Assembly: GCA_001643675.2 (NCBI GenBank) | Contig: LSRY02000003.1 | Location: 2,294,001 to 2,358,000, forward strand | Source: Monocercomonoides exilis PA203 | Taxonomy: Eukaryota; Protista; Preaxostyla | Direction of reading: 5' to 3' | Length of the DNA stretch: 64,000 bases | In this document: one piece after another, positions 13,365 through 26,147 of the stretch | Numbering within the stretch: the first letter of the stretch is position 1 | How the letters are laid out: each line of letters opens with the position of its first letter | Position numbers and translations under genes: made by a program | The notes under the pieces: generated by a model | What the model was told of the DNA's origin: nothing | Database searches by the model: none | The model's input: only the letters and a program-made list of their open reading frames with translations

Positions 13365-15210
13365 AACTCCTTCAACTTCTTCAACTTCTTCAACTCCATT
13401 AATCACTTCTTCTTCTTCTTCCTTTTGTTTTCATGACCATTGTCTTTTTCTTCTTTTTCATCTTTTTCAACTTCCTCTTTTCCCTGCCTTTTAGTTCCTT
13501 CAGCCCATCATCATCTTCCCATGAATTCCAAAATAAGCCAATGAGAACGTTCTCATTCGGAGAAATGCAATCCAAAAGCTTCTGTTTCTTCAGAGACACA
13601 TTCAACGCACAACATTCTTTCTCCTTTGCATTCTTCTCCTCCTCTTTCTTCTTCATCTTCTTCGACTCTTTTATATTCTTCGTCTTCTTCGTTTTCGTTG
13701 TCTTCTTCTCCTCTTTCTTTTGCTACCACATCTCCTTCTTCTCATATTTCCAATGAAGAAAATCCTTCTTCTTCTTCTTCCTCTTCCTCTTCTTCTTCTC
13801 CTCCTCCTTTTCCTTCATTACCTTCTTTTTTTTCTTCTGCTGCTTCTTCATCTTCGTATTCATCTTAACTTCTATCTTCAACAGATATTTATGTCTTTTG
13901 TATTTTTAGAAACAACAGACAAACATCATTATTTTTATGTTTTTGAAGAGAAAGCAATGAAACCACTCAAAGTTTGCAAATGAACTGAAGATATCAATCT
14001 TCATTGACAAATTAATGCGAATTGCCCAATTTTATTTGTGATTGGGGTTTTATATTCCTTCTGAAATCAACTTATCAAATGTTATATTTTTGCCAACTGA
14101 CAACATCACATGAACCCTTTTCATCATCTTCTTCTGAAAAATTATTTGACTGATTGTTCATCTCTCAATCATCTCTTCTCATCTTCTTCAAATTCTTCAA
14201 CTTCTTCTGCGATTTGTCCTTTCCCACAAACTGTGCAATCTTTACCATTATCTCCAACATCTTCAATGCCATATTCACTAACTTTGCATTGGATCGGAAC
14301 ATCGACCTTCTATTGTGTTTATACGTTCCAATATACAGCTCTGCAAAATTGAACGAAAAATAGCTTCATTCACTTTTCTTTGTCTCTGCAGTCAATCGAT
14401 AAAAGAGCTTTCTTTACATTCACAATTCTTTTTATTTGAAAAAATGGCAATTTGGGCGAATTCATTCATTTCATTCAAATGGACTTCTTCCTCTACGTCT
14501 TCTTCAACGAGCAACAAAAATAATGTTTATTCAAATTCATTCAACTCCTGTCAAATGCAGCACCATGCCTTATCTTTTAATATCTTTTCTGAAGTACAGA
14601 AAACAATTTATTCTCTCTCAAAATATCAGCTGAAATTATATTTCGACGGAGGCGATTCTCCACAAAGCAAAGAAAAGTCTGCACGTTTTCAACAACGAAT
14701 CAATTCTGGCTTTTTCATTTGGAAGCTGAAAGAGGCACAGATAAAAAAGAAATATCGCTGAAGCAATTTTTATTTGGAACGGATGGATTCCTAAATAGCC
14801 TTCGGCAGATTACACAGCTACGAAGCAACAGCGAATTGCAAAAAATGAAATGAGGAAGAAAAACAATTTTGAAGAAAAGGGTTATTTGAAGGGTAATTAT
14901 ATGAGATTCTTGCTCCAATTGGATACTAACAAGTTGGAACGAGAAAGCTGATGAAAATATAATTATTGAAAAACCTTCGAATATGATCGAAGAGACTCTA
15001 TTGAAGAGAAGAAATAGATTATTCTCTTTTTCATGAGATAAATTTTCACTTGATGAAGAAGCCAAATCAAATGGAAAATGACAAAGAAATACTTTTATAT
15101 GAGATGATATTTAGGATTTTGAAAAAATTAAACTTCTGGTGAAAAGACAATGAAAGCTTATGAATTTTTCTATGATATGGAAAATGGTGAAAATAAGAAA
15201 ATGGAAGAAA

Positions 15211-16451
15211 TTATAAAGAAATAAGATAAAGTTCATTGTTATCAATGATTTTTGTATCAACTGCATTGAAAGTCAGTGTTTGAAGAGGAACAAATGTTGA
15301 GGAAAGGAGGGTGAGAGAGGCGTCGTGGAGGAGGGAAATGAAGCCAGTGAGGGCATACTCGATGGTGGCACATGGGGTCTGTTGGGGTCTGCCACAGGCA
15401 TCAGCATCAGTTCCATTGCTGGCAACGATTTTATTCTGGGCAATGAGTGGGAGCCAGCCATTATACACAGCGTTATCAGCTTGTCCATTATTCCACACTC
15501 TTTTCGATAGGGTTGTTGATCCACAATTCTCGAATGGGGATTGGGTGATACTGCTTCCATTGAAGAACACATCGTTTCCTCTGCCATTTGTTGCTGTGTT
15601 TCCATCGAAAAAGCAGAATGTGATGAATTTAACATTATTCATCCAATCATATGTTCTTGTGCAACACAACGCAGCTCCACCATATGTGGTTGGATTTTCG
15701 ACTTTGTTGTTGATGAACTGGCACTCTTGGAGCAAGCATTGTTTTGGTTTTTCTGGTGGAAGCCAATGAAACGTGACTGCTCCAGCTGCATCACCACCAG
15801 TATTTGCAATACAGGTGCAATTTTTGAACAAGAATTTTGCATCTGATGGCATGTTGTCGAGACCAAAATACCATCCAGTTCCAATACCGCCTGTTATTGA
15901 GCACCTTTCTACTCTGTTTTCTGAGAATGTCCATACAGAACTGGATTGTGGATAAGCTATGCAAGTTGCTCCTCCACCTGACGCAGAGCTGTTTGTAAAA
16001 TTGGATTTTGAAATATCAATTTTCAACAAATATACACAATACAAAGCTCCACCATTTCCATTACAGGAACAATCGTTGAATGAACAAGAAGTGATTGTGA
16101 GATTTGCATTTGTGCAAACAACAGAAAGTGCTCCACCCCAATCACTTTCGCTTTTTGAATTATTCCATTCGCACCATTCAAATTTGTGGCTGTTCTCATC
16201 AAAATCAGTCAATCTTCCAGGTGATTTTCTTTGAGATTCATTTCCCACGTGCACGACAGCAGCATTTGGTGAAGAGCGTGTTTGGTGGAGGAAAGATGCA
16301 TTGAAGGCAGAGAGAGAAGTGGATGGGCTATTGAGGGAAGGGAAGAAAGAGAGAGGAGTGAATGGAAAGAAAGAGAATGAATTTTGCAATTGAAATTTTC
16401 AGAAATTTGCTTCAAAATATGAAAATTTCTCAAAATAAATAATTTTAGCAT
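15211..16451 (-). pseudogene. Beta-helix surface protein family, copy 5
   Basis: ORF 15211-16389 holds the core plus the DACGRPQQTPC domain. Its 5' end (MLKLFIL...QNSFSFFPF) is paralogous to copy 2 but frameshifted. Confidence 0.8.
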
Positions 16452-17404
16452 TTATTTGCATATAATGTTAAGATTATTAATTATTTTATCACAAACAGCA
16501 TTCAATGAAATTTCTATGATTCCAAATATGAATTTCTTTTTGTTTCTCTTTTTGTCAAATCTTTTAAGAATTGATATCCTTTTTATTCCAACAAAGAATC
16601 GAAAAATCATTAATTTTTTCCAATTTTGTTGTCAAACAATTTTCTGTTTTGTTTTCTGAATTGTCATTTGTACAATCGAAAATTTTCAGTTTGATTAAAG
16701 AATGTTCTTCTTTTGTTTTGTTCTTCAGATAACATAATTATCGGTACTGTTTTGCAACCAGAAAATGAAAAATTGATTTTATAAACAAATAATCAATATT
16801 TCATTTTTAAACAAATAAAAAGCCAAGTTCAGTGAAAACGAGAAGTTAAATATGATCATTTTTTTTTTCAAATTATCCAAATTTGCTGTTTCTCTTTTGT
16901 TTTGGCGAATGCAATGAAATTGGAAAAAAAAGCAATCTCGAAGAAAGGTGAAAACTCTTCAATTTTCAATTTGAAATAGTATTCCATTTTTCTATAATCA
17001 ATAATAACACCACAACGGATGTATCAAAATGAAACAAAATTGAATCAAAAACAGTTTAGTGAAATGTTTTGTTTTACCAAATGTTATTTATTCCTGATAT
17101 GTGTGATTATTTTTGATATCAAATTTCTTCTGTGAAATATTTCGAATTGAACAATAATCTGAAAAGTTTGACTTTCGTTAAAAAGGTATTGTTGATGAAA
17201 CAAACATTCTTCATTGTCCACATTGATAAAAGATGTTTGAAAGATGAACAATTTCAAAGCTTGAAACATTTCGATGAAAATTCATCAATCAACAACTTGA
17301 AACTTTGAAATAATGAACAACACAAAAAAATTTCATTTCAACAATAATTACCCAGGATTTTCAAAATAATAAAAAAAATAAAACATTTTATTGCACTTCA
17401 TCAC

Positions 17405-20400
17405 AACAAATGCTTTTCTGACTCATTGAGAGAAACAACAACAAGACAAAATATAATAGGTTAAATTTTTCATTTTTTTGTGGAAAAGATCTTGTTGCAC
17501 ATTGAAGGATGAGTTCGTTCAAAAAAATATCCTCAACACCATTTTTCTATTTTTATTCTTGAAACAATATTGATTCAGTGATTGCATGTTATTCCCTTGT
17601 GTGATGAAATCATTATCTTACATTATTTTATTTTTCTTGGAACAAACATTGTGTGCATTTTTCATCTTCTTCTCGTGGAATTGAATAGCATGATCAGATA
17701 TTCTCAATCGAATCAAATAAGTTGAATGTGAGAATTTTCTTTGAACAATCGATTTTATGATCAAAACTTTCAAAATGCATGTCTCTCAAAAATGTGGGGA
17801 AAATAGTCAAAATGATATTTCTTTTCAATCATATTTGTTCTGACAATTGAAAATCGAGCACTTATTCTAATTATAAATATATTCATCTTTCCATTTTTTT
17901 CTTTGTGAAACACCATCGAATATAATCACAATCGGATATTATCACAAAAAGAAATACACAACTCAATGCGATTGTGAACAATTATGATAAAATGGATAAT
18001 TTTGCATAATCTGAGAAAATAACTTTTTTTGATTGAAATGTTCATGATAAATAAACTCGAAAAACAAAAGAAAATCAATGTTTCACTTTGAACAGTTTTT
18101 GATCGATTCTATTTGTCATCAATCGCTTTCAAACGAAGAATCTTTATTAAATTTTTTTAATTGAGAATGAGTGGGTGATTAACAAAATGATACATTTTCT
18201 GATGGAATTAATTGTTCACAATTTTCATCTTTTTATTCTAACAATGATTTTTTCGTTGAACAATAAATTGTGAATTGAAACATTTCTGAATTTGAAACAA
18301 GTCTATAAATAACACAAAAAACAAAATGTGTATTTTTATCAAAAGAAATCTCCCATTTCTTGAATATTCAATGTTTTTCGAAACATATTAGCTTTTTCAT
18401 TTGAATGAATTAGAGGTTTTCCAATCGTTAAATATGATATTGAAAATTGGAAAAGTGGAAAAAAGAGATGTTTCAAAAAAAGAAATAATTATTATTTGTT
18501 AATAATTGATAGAATGGTAGTCATAAAAACAAAATGTCTGATTTTTCTCATTTTTGGACAATTTGTTAAAAATTGGTTTCAATAAAAAAAGTTGTGTTTT
18601 TCTTATGTCAGATAATTTTATTTTGATTTTTGAATGACAAAAAGAAAAATAATAATTCAGTTCATTTTGATTGGTTGCACTCATATATCTTCCATGATCG
18701 ATCATTTAATCAGAAATTGGAAAGTTGATTGAAATGAATGATAACCTTGAGAGTGATTATTCTTCACATAATTGTTCCCCAGTGCATTTATTTTTAACAT
18801 TTCTCAAGTCAATGGAGAATGCCTTTGAGTATTATTTGTGAAAATAAAATATCAAACAATTCATCAAACAAAATATTTTATCCGAAAACCCTTTGACTCA
18901 AAAAAATCTATTTAACATCGAAAATAAAATGTTGTGTGAATATGAAAGAAACAAAAGCAAACAATAAATACAAATAGTTGTCCATTTACACAAAAGAAGA
19001 CAATTTCAGATAATCATCAATTATTCACAAGATTTCCTCTTCTTTCAGCTCCATTCAGAATTTCATTTCATTCAGATAATCAACAATATGTTCTTATTCA
19101 CTTTTGACCAGACTGTTTATAAAGGAATCAGAAAACTAAAAGCTTGGAAACATTGGTGCAAATACTCGCTGCATTCCTCACCATAAATCTCGTTCATGGA
19201 GAAGACATCGCAAACAGCATCATCAGAGGCGCTCGCCCAGACAAGGTGGAACATGCATCGGGAAATCACATCTGTGGTGCTCAGACAAGCCTTGCCCTCA
19301 TCAACACCTCCTTGTGTGTGACCCATCTCAACATCATCCCTCTCAGTGGTTGTCCACTCCTCACTGCCCAACACCACTCCGCTGCCTCCATCTGCTCCTC
19401 CGCTTGCACCATCCACCCACCTTCACTCAACAACAACCACCACCACCACTGCCCCCTCTTCCTCTCTGCCCATGCCTCCCTCGCCCTCACAAACTTCTCC
19501 CTCACCACCCACCAACCAGCCATCCTCTCCTTCCCCCTCTTCTCCACCCCAAACAATCTCCTCCCACATTCCTACTCCTCAACCCCTGCCTCCTTCTCCA
19601 TCTCCCACTCCTCCTTCTCCTCCTTCATCTCCCTCGTCCAGCCCTTCCTTTTTTCTCCTTCTTCCCTCTCTTCCCCTTCCCCTTCTCCTTCTCCTTCCCT
19701 TTCCCCATCTCCTTCATCTTTCTCATCCTCATCCTCATCCTCTTCTTTTTCTTCCCCTTCCCTTTCCCCTTCTATTTCCTCTTCCCCTTCCCCTTCCCCT
19801 CTCCATAACCATCACCAATCCCATCCCCACCTCCAAATCCACCTCAATCTCCATCTCTCAAACACCCTCTTCTCCAACATCTCCTCTCCCCAATCCCCTC
19901 GATCTCTTCCATCCCTTCCCTCCCACTCACTCCATCCTTTCCTCTCAACCACTTCTTCCTCTTCTTCCACTTCTACCTCCACCAACATCAATTCAATCCC
20001 CTCCTTCTCTCTTCATTCATCCCTCTCCATCCACTCAACCATCTTCCTCCACACCCACAACCCCATCGATGGTGCCATTCTCCCCAACCTCAACAGCCCT
20101 GCCACTTCTCTCTCTGCCTTCAACACATCTTTCCTTCACCAAACACGCTCTTCATCAAATGCTGCTGTAGTTCATATTGGAAATGAAACCAACAGAAAGA
20201 GACCAGGAAGACTGACTTCATTTGATGAGAACAGTCATCGCTTTGAATGGTGCGAATGGGAAAACACAACTGGAGGGCCAGATCGAGGAGGAGCGCTTTA
20301 TGTGGATTGCGCAAATGCTAATCTTGCAATCATATCGTGTTCATTCAACAATTGCTCATGCAATTGGGATGGCGGAGCATTGTTTTGTAATAGTTCGTTG

Positions 20401-23400
20401 AAGTTAACCATCATGCAGTCCAATTTCACAAGTTGTTCGGCTGCTCATGGAGGAGCAGTCACTTCATGGAATCCACAATCAAATTCTGTTTGGACATTCT
20501 CAGAAAACCGAGCGGAAAGCTGTTCAATAACAAACTGGTGCGGAACTGGTTGGTATTTTCATGTATATGATATGCCATCAAATGCTCAATTCCTGTTCAC
20601 AAAATGCAAGTGCATCTCAAATTCTGGTGGTGATTCAACCGGCTCTCTCACATTTAATGATCCACCAGCTAACAAACCAAACCAATTTTTAATAAATGAT
20701 TGTAAGTTCATCAATAACAATCTGACTGCTTCTTCTTCTTATGGGGGCGCTGCCATCTATTTGGATGTCACTTATTCCTGGATGAGTGGAAATAAATTCA
20801 TCACTTTCTGTTTCTTCGATGGCAACACTGCCAAAAACGGAAGAGGAAACGATGTGTTCTTCAGTGGCAATGCCATCATTCAATCTCCATTTGAGAATTG
20901 TGGATCAACAACCCTATCGAAAAGAGCGTGGAACAACGATACAGTGAAAACGCTGAAAAAAAATGACCGATTCTAGCTTTTCTTTCCAAATTCTCCAATG
21001 AAATGCATTTCTTGTTTCCTTCTCTAATTTTTTTTCTCTGTATTTTCTCCTCTTCTCTCATTCCTTCTTTGACTCATTTATTCAAATCTTTTGATTTCTT
21101 CTGTATTTAGTCATTTACCCCTATTTGCTATTTCTTCATTCAAATTTATCCTCTATTTATCCATTCACTTTTCTTTGTGTAAGTTGCTATTTCTTCTCTC
21201 CTCTTCTTCCTATAATTCTTCTTTTCATTCAAAAATATTTTCAATCTTCTCAATTCTATTTCCTTTCAAAATCCTCCAGTAAAACATGCTCTTCCTTCTC
21301 TTTCTCTTTCTCCTCTTCTTTCGCCTTCTTATTCTTATTTCTGATTATTTCCTTCATCTGCAAAATTTCTCCGTTTCTTCATTTCGTTCATGATCTCTGA
21401 CGATGAAACAGATCATGAAGAAATTCGATCAGATGATGCGAATGATGATAATGAAGAAGAAGCTGTGTGAAATGTTGTTGATGTGTTTAAAGAAGAAGAT
21501 GATGATGGTAATGATGAATGGATTGAATGAGACGATTAATTGTTGAAAATTGAGAAGATTGGAGTCAATAAATATCAACGTAGAATTTCATTGAAATTCT
21601 CTTCTTCTGGATTTCTTCTTCTTCTGCAGAGGAGAAACATCTGAATCCTTTTTCACTTTCAGCTCAATCCTCTTTCTCTCTCTCAAACTAAAAATACAAA
21701 GAACACCTCAATTCCTTTTTCATTCCGTCTCTTCCTTTTTCGCTTCCCCTTCTTTCACAAAAAATCTTCTTTCCTCAAAAATAATTCTTCGCCAAAGGTT
21801 AATGCCAGGCATCTTCGATTTATCTCGCATTTCATCTGTCTGTCTTTATTTTTCCTTTCCTGCTTTCCTTATTCAAAGCCACCTTATCCCTCATACTTTC
21901 AACATTCTTAAAACAAAATAATAATCACTTCAAAAAATATATCAGCAAACCTTCAGAACCAATGCTCAAGTCAATAACTATATTTTATTCCGTTGGCAAC
22001 TGTTTCCCTTCAATAAAAATTCATTATTCCTTCCTTTTTCAAGTGTTTCATCATCTGATTCGCTAATCGTCCTTTCCGTCAGTTGTTTTTCCATCAAATG
22101 CATTGATTTCCCTTCCTTCTGAAAAATGTGAAATTCATGTATTCTGCTCAAATTCCATTTTCATCATTGAAAAATATCTTATTTATCATCTGAAAATATC
22201 ATCTCCAATTCCCTTCCCAATCCCTTCATCATGCACACTTTTCATATGAATTCGCTCTCCCAACTCGATGGTCACCCTGCACAACGCGATATTCCGCTTT
22301 CATTCATTTTCATTCTTTTCCACCTCCTGCCCTGAAAACAACACAAAAACAGTCAACAGATAAATATTCATATATAGAAAAATAAATAAAGACCAAACTG
22401 CGCTTCGACTGTTTTTTGCCAAGCACACTCATTTCCACAGCCATCATCATTCCAAAAATAAATCAATCTCACCATTTCAGTCTCAGAATGGTCAAATTGC
22501 AGCACGGAACGCGTCTCCACAAAATACATCGTACATCTCACTGGAGGGTCTTCTCAGCCCGTACGCATTGTGGTGGATGTTCAGTGGTGGTTTTTTCTGT
22601 TTTTGGCATGATCATCTCCTTTAATAATATTCTCAACCATTCAAAGTGTTATATCTCGTTTATTTCATCAACACCAGGCACATGAGGGATATGGGGCAGA
22701 GAAGAGATGGAAGAATATTTTTTGTGGCAGGGGGTGGGAGTTGAGTGTTTTTTGGAATGTTAATATTTCGAGAGGGGTTTTTGAATGAAAGAAATTCTGA
22801 GACAAAAAGTTGGGGAAGGAATAGGCAGAGATTTATAGAAGAAAATGTAGAAAATATATAGAGAAGTGGTTGGAGATGATGAAAGAGGGCTTATTGTTGA
22901 TTGGAGAAATGGATTTTGAAGAGAAAGAAAAGAGGGCAAAAGCGGGACAGAAGAGGGCAATTGTGAAATATTCGATTGGAAGAGGGGGTAACTTTTATGA
23001 GAGGAGAAGAATGTTTTTTGGAAGAGACAGGGAAAGGTGAAGAAAAGGAGGGATTGATATTTTTTGATGATTTTTGGGATTGAATGGAAGAGGGGAATGG
23101 AAAGGAAAGGAAATTGAGAAAAATCAACATTTTCTGTTTTTGAGGGGAAAGGAGGGGAAATTGCAAAAAGAAAGTGAATTGATTTTGAAGAAATACAGCA
23201 AGATTGATTTATCCAATCTGTTCGTCACAAATATTGTGATTGAGTTTTTCAAACAAATCTGAAATTTATACAGCAAGCGATCCGTTTTGGCCAATCAACA
23301 ATTTCATACAAATTATTCTCAACATCATAAATGTTGTTCAACTGATTTCGCATTTCTCAACTGCATCTTCTTCTTCGTCTTCTTCTTCGTCGTCGTCTTC
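17405..23400. repeat. ~6 kb segmental duplication, inverted relative to 55,540-61,685
   Basis: Collinear reverse-complement matches: 17415 vs 61675, 18721 vs 60360, copy 6 vs copy 10, 22321 vs 56550, 23200 vs 55690. Confidence 0.9.
19144..20976 (+). pseudogene. Beta-helix surface protein family, copy 6; full N-terminal region but start ATG lost
   Basis: Signal-peptide-like LVQILAAFLTINLVHG, then the CGAQTSL domain, S/P/H-rich linker and core. In-frame TAA at 19120 and no ATG before the leader, whereas the paralog at 59958 has an ATG. Confidence 0.75.
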
Positions 23401-24644
23401 CGATAATCCTTCTTCATTCGATCAATTACCTTCCTCATTTTTCGGTTTGCAAACACAAAATTCGCCTTCTCACAATTCACCTGTTTATTCAGCGACAAGC
23501 GTGCCTGTTATGAACCATATAGCCAAAAACATGCAAAATCTTATTCAGTCACATATTGCTTCTTCTTCTTCTTCTTCTTCTTCTTCTTCTTCTTCTTCTT
23601 CTTCTTCTTCTTCTTCTTCTTCTTCTTCTTCTCCATCTTCTTCTGATAATACTCCTTCATTCAATCAACCATCTTTCTCATTTCTCGATTTACAAACACA
23701 AGATTCGCCTTCTCACAATTCACTTGCTTATTCAGCGACAAGCACGCCTGTTATGAACCGCATAGCCAAAAACACACAAAATCTTATTCATTCAAATTTT
23801 GCTTCTTTCTCTTCTTCTCCTTCTCCTTCTTCAACTTCAACATCATTCTTCCTTATTCATGCACACATTTGTACGGCATCGATCTTCATTTCAACAATTG
23901 TGATCCTTCTTTTTTTCTTCAACATCTTTTTCAACAAGCAACAAAAATGATACTATTTTTGCATTTCGTTCAACTTCCATCAAATTCAGGGCCAGATCTC
24001 ATCTATTGTTGCTATTTGGAAAGACACAAAGAATTACTTATTACAACGCATAATGTCAGCTGAAGTTAATAAAAATAGAAAAGATACTTAATTAAACAAG
24101 AATAGTCTATTAGCAGCGTGAAATAAAAAAGGAGGATGCTTTCCCCCTTCTTTCAGTGAATGAAGGATACACAGGTGAAAAAGAAAAAGAATTGGAGAAA
24201 TCCTTTTATGAAATGGATGGGTTCCAAAATGGCCTTCGGCAGATTTCACAACGTCATGCTCCTTCAACAAATCGCAGAAGATGAAACAAAGAGAGAAAGC
24301 GGTTGTTTTAGGAAAATCAATAATCGAAGGATAATTCTATGAAATAAGTGCGTCTGCAGCGCTCAAAAAAGGAGAAATTGGAGTGATAAAAGAAACAGAT
24401 ATTTTTGAAGAGATTGTTGATATGCTTGAAGAAATGTATTTTGAAGATACGACAGCAATGAATCTTTTTTCATGAGCTTAATTTGTAGTTGATGGAGAAG
24501 AAAAATTAGATGAGGTAATGACGAAGAAATATTTTTGTCTTGTTGATGGTATGGATTTCTGAAAAAAATAATGATGATATATACTCCAATTGAAAAAGCT
24601 ATGATAGCTTATGAATTTTTCTATGATATGGAAAATGAAAGAAT

Positions 24645-25995
24645 TTATATGAGAACCTGAAAAAATTCATCATTTCCTGTTGTTTTTGTGTCAGCAGCGC
24701 TGGATGTGAGTGTTTGAGTTGGGACAAATGCTGAGGTGAGGAGGGTGAGAGAGGCGTCTTGGAGGAGGGAAATGAAGCCAGTGAGGGCATACTCGATGGT
24801 GGCACATGGGGTCTGTTGGGGTCTGCCACAGGCATCTGTATTGGTTCCATTGCTGGCAACGATTTTATTCTGGGCGATGAGAGGGAGCCAGCCATTATAC
24901 ACTGCATTGTCAGCTGTATTGTTATTCCACACCCTTTGTGTTGGGGTTGTTGATCCGCACTGATTAAATGGAGATTGGGTGATGCTGCTTCCGCTGAAGA
25001 ACACATCGTTTCCTCTGCCATTTGTTGCGGAATTGCCATCGAAGAAACAGAATGTGATGAATCTAATTTCATTCATCCAAGTGAAGGTGTACATGCAGCA
25101 CAGCCCAGCTCCTCCGCGTGTGGAGGAGGCAGTCAATTCGTTGTTAATAAATTGGCACTCATTGATCAAAAATTGACTCGGTTTGTTTCCTGGAGGATTA
25201 TAAAATGTTAAAGAACCAGCAGAATCTCCACCAGAATTTGAGATACACTTACATTTAGAAAACAAAAATTGAAAATTTAACTGATTATAATCTAGAGCAA
25301 AATACCAACCAGTTCCACACCAATTTGTTATTGAACAACTTTCAACTTTGTTTTCTGAGAATGAATAAACAGAATTGGATTGAGGATACCACATGGAAAC
25401 ACCTCCTCCATGTCTTGCCTGACAATTTGAGAAATTGGATTTGGTCATATTAATTATTGATAAATTACAACAGTATAACGCTCCTCCAACATCACCACTC
25501 GAACAGTTGAAAAATGAGCACAAGGTGATTGCGAGATTTGCATTTACACAAACAACATAAAGTGCACCTCCATATTCATTCCCACTGTTTGAATCATTCC
25601 ATTCGCACCACTCAAATTTATGGCTGTTCTCATCAAATGAAGTCAATCTTCCAGGTTTCGCTCTTTGAGTTTCATTTCCAATGTGTTCAACAGGGGCATT
25701 TGATGAAGATCGTGTTTGGTGAAGGAAAGATGTGTTGAAGGCAGAGAGAGAAGTGGATGGGCTGTTGAGGTTTGGGAGAATGGCACCATCGATGGGGTTG
25801 TGGGTGTGGATAAAGATGGATGAGTGGATGGAAAGAGATGAGTGAAGGGAGAAGGAGGGGATTGTATTGGTGTTGGTGAAAGTGGAAGTGGAAGTGGAAG
25901 AAGACGAAGAGGTGGTTGAGGTGAATGGATTGAGTGAGTGTGAGGGAAGGGATGGAAGAGATGGATGGGATTGGGGAGAGGAGATGTTTGAGAAG
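24645..25995 (-). pseudogene. Beta-helix surface protein family, copy 7 (5'-truncated, open frame)
   Basis: Begins in the S/H-rich linker near 25995, followed by the HTHNPIDG block, core and DACGRPQQTPC domain. Truncated at DTKTTGN. Confidence 0.8.
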
Positions 25996-26147
25996 AGTTT
26001 AAATGGAATATGATGTATTTTGTTTAATGTACATTTGCATATATTTATGTTTGAAGCAACTTAACATTTTTTTTGAATGAGTTCATGTTTAGATAAGATA
26101 ATGAATTTAATTCTAATATCGTGATAAATACCTTTAAAAAAATATTA

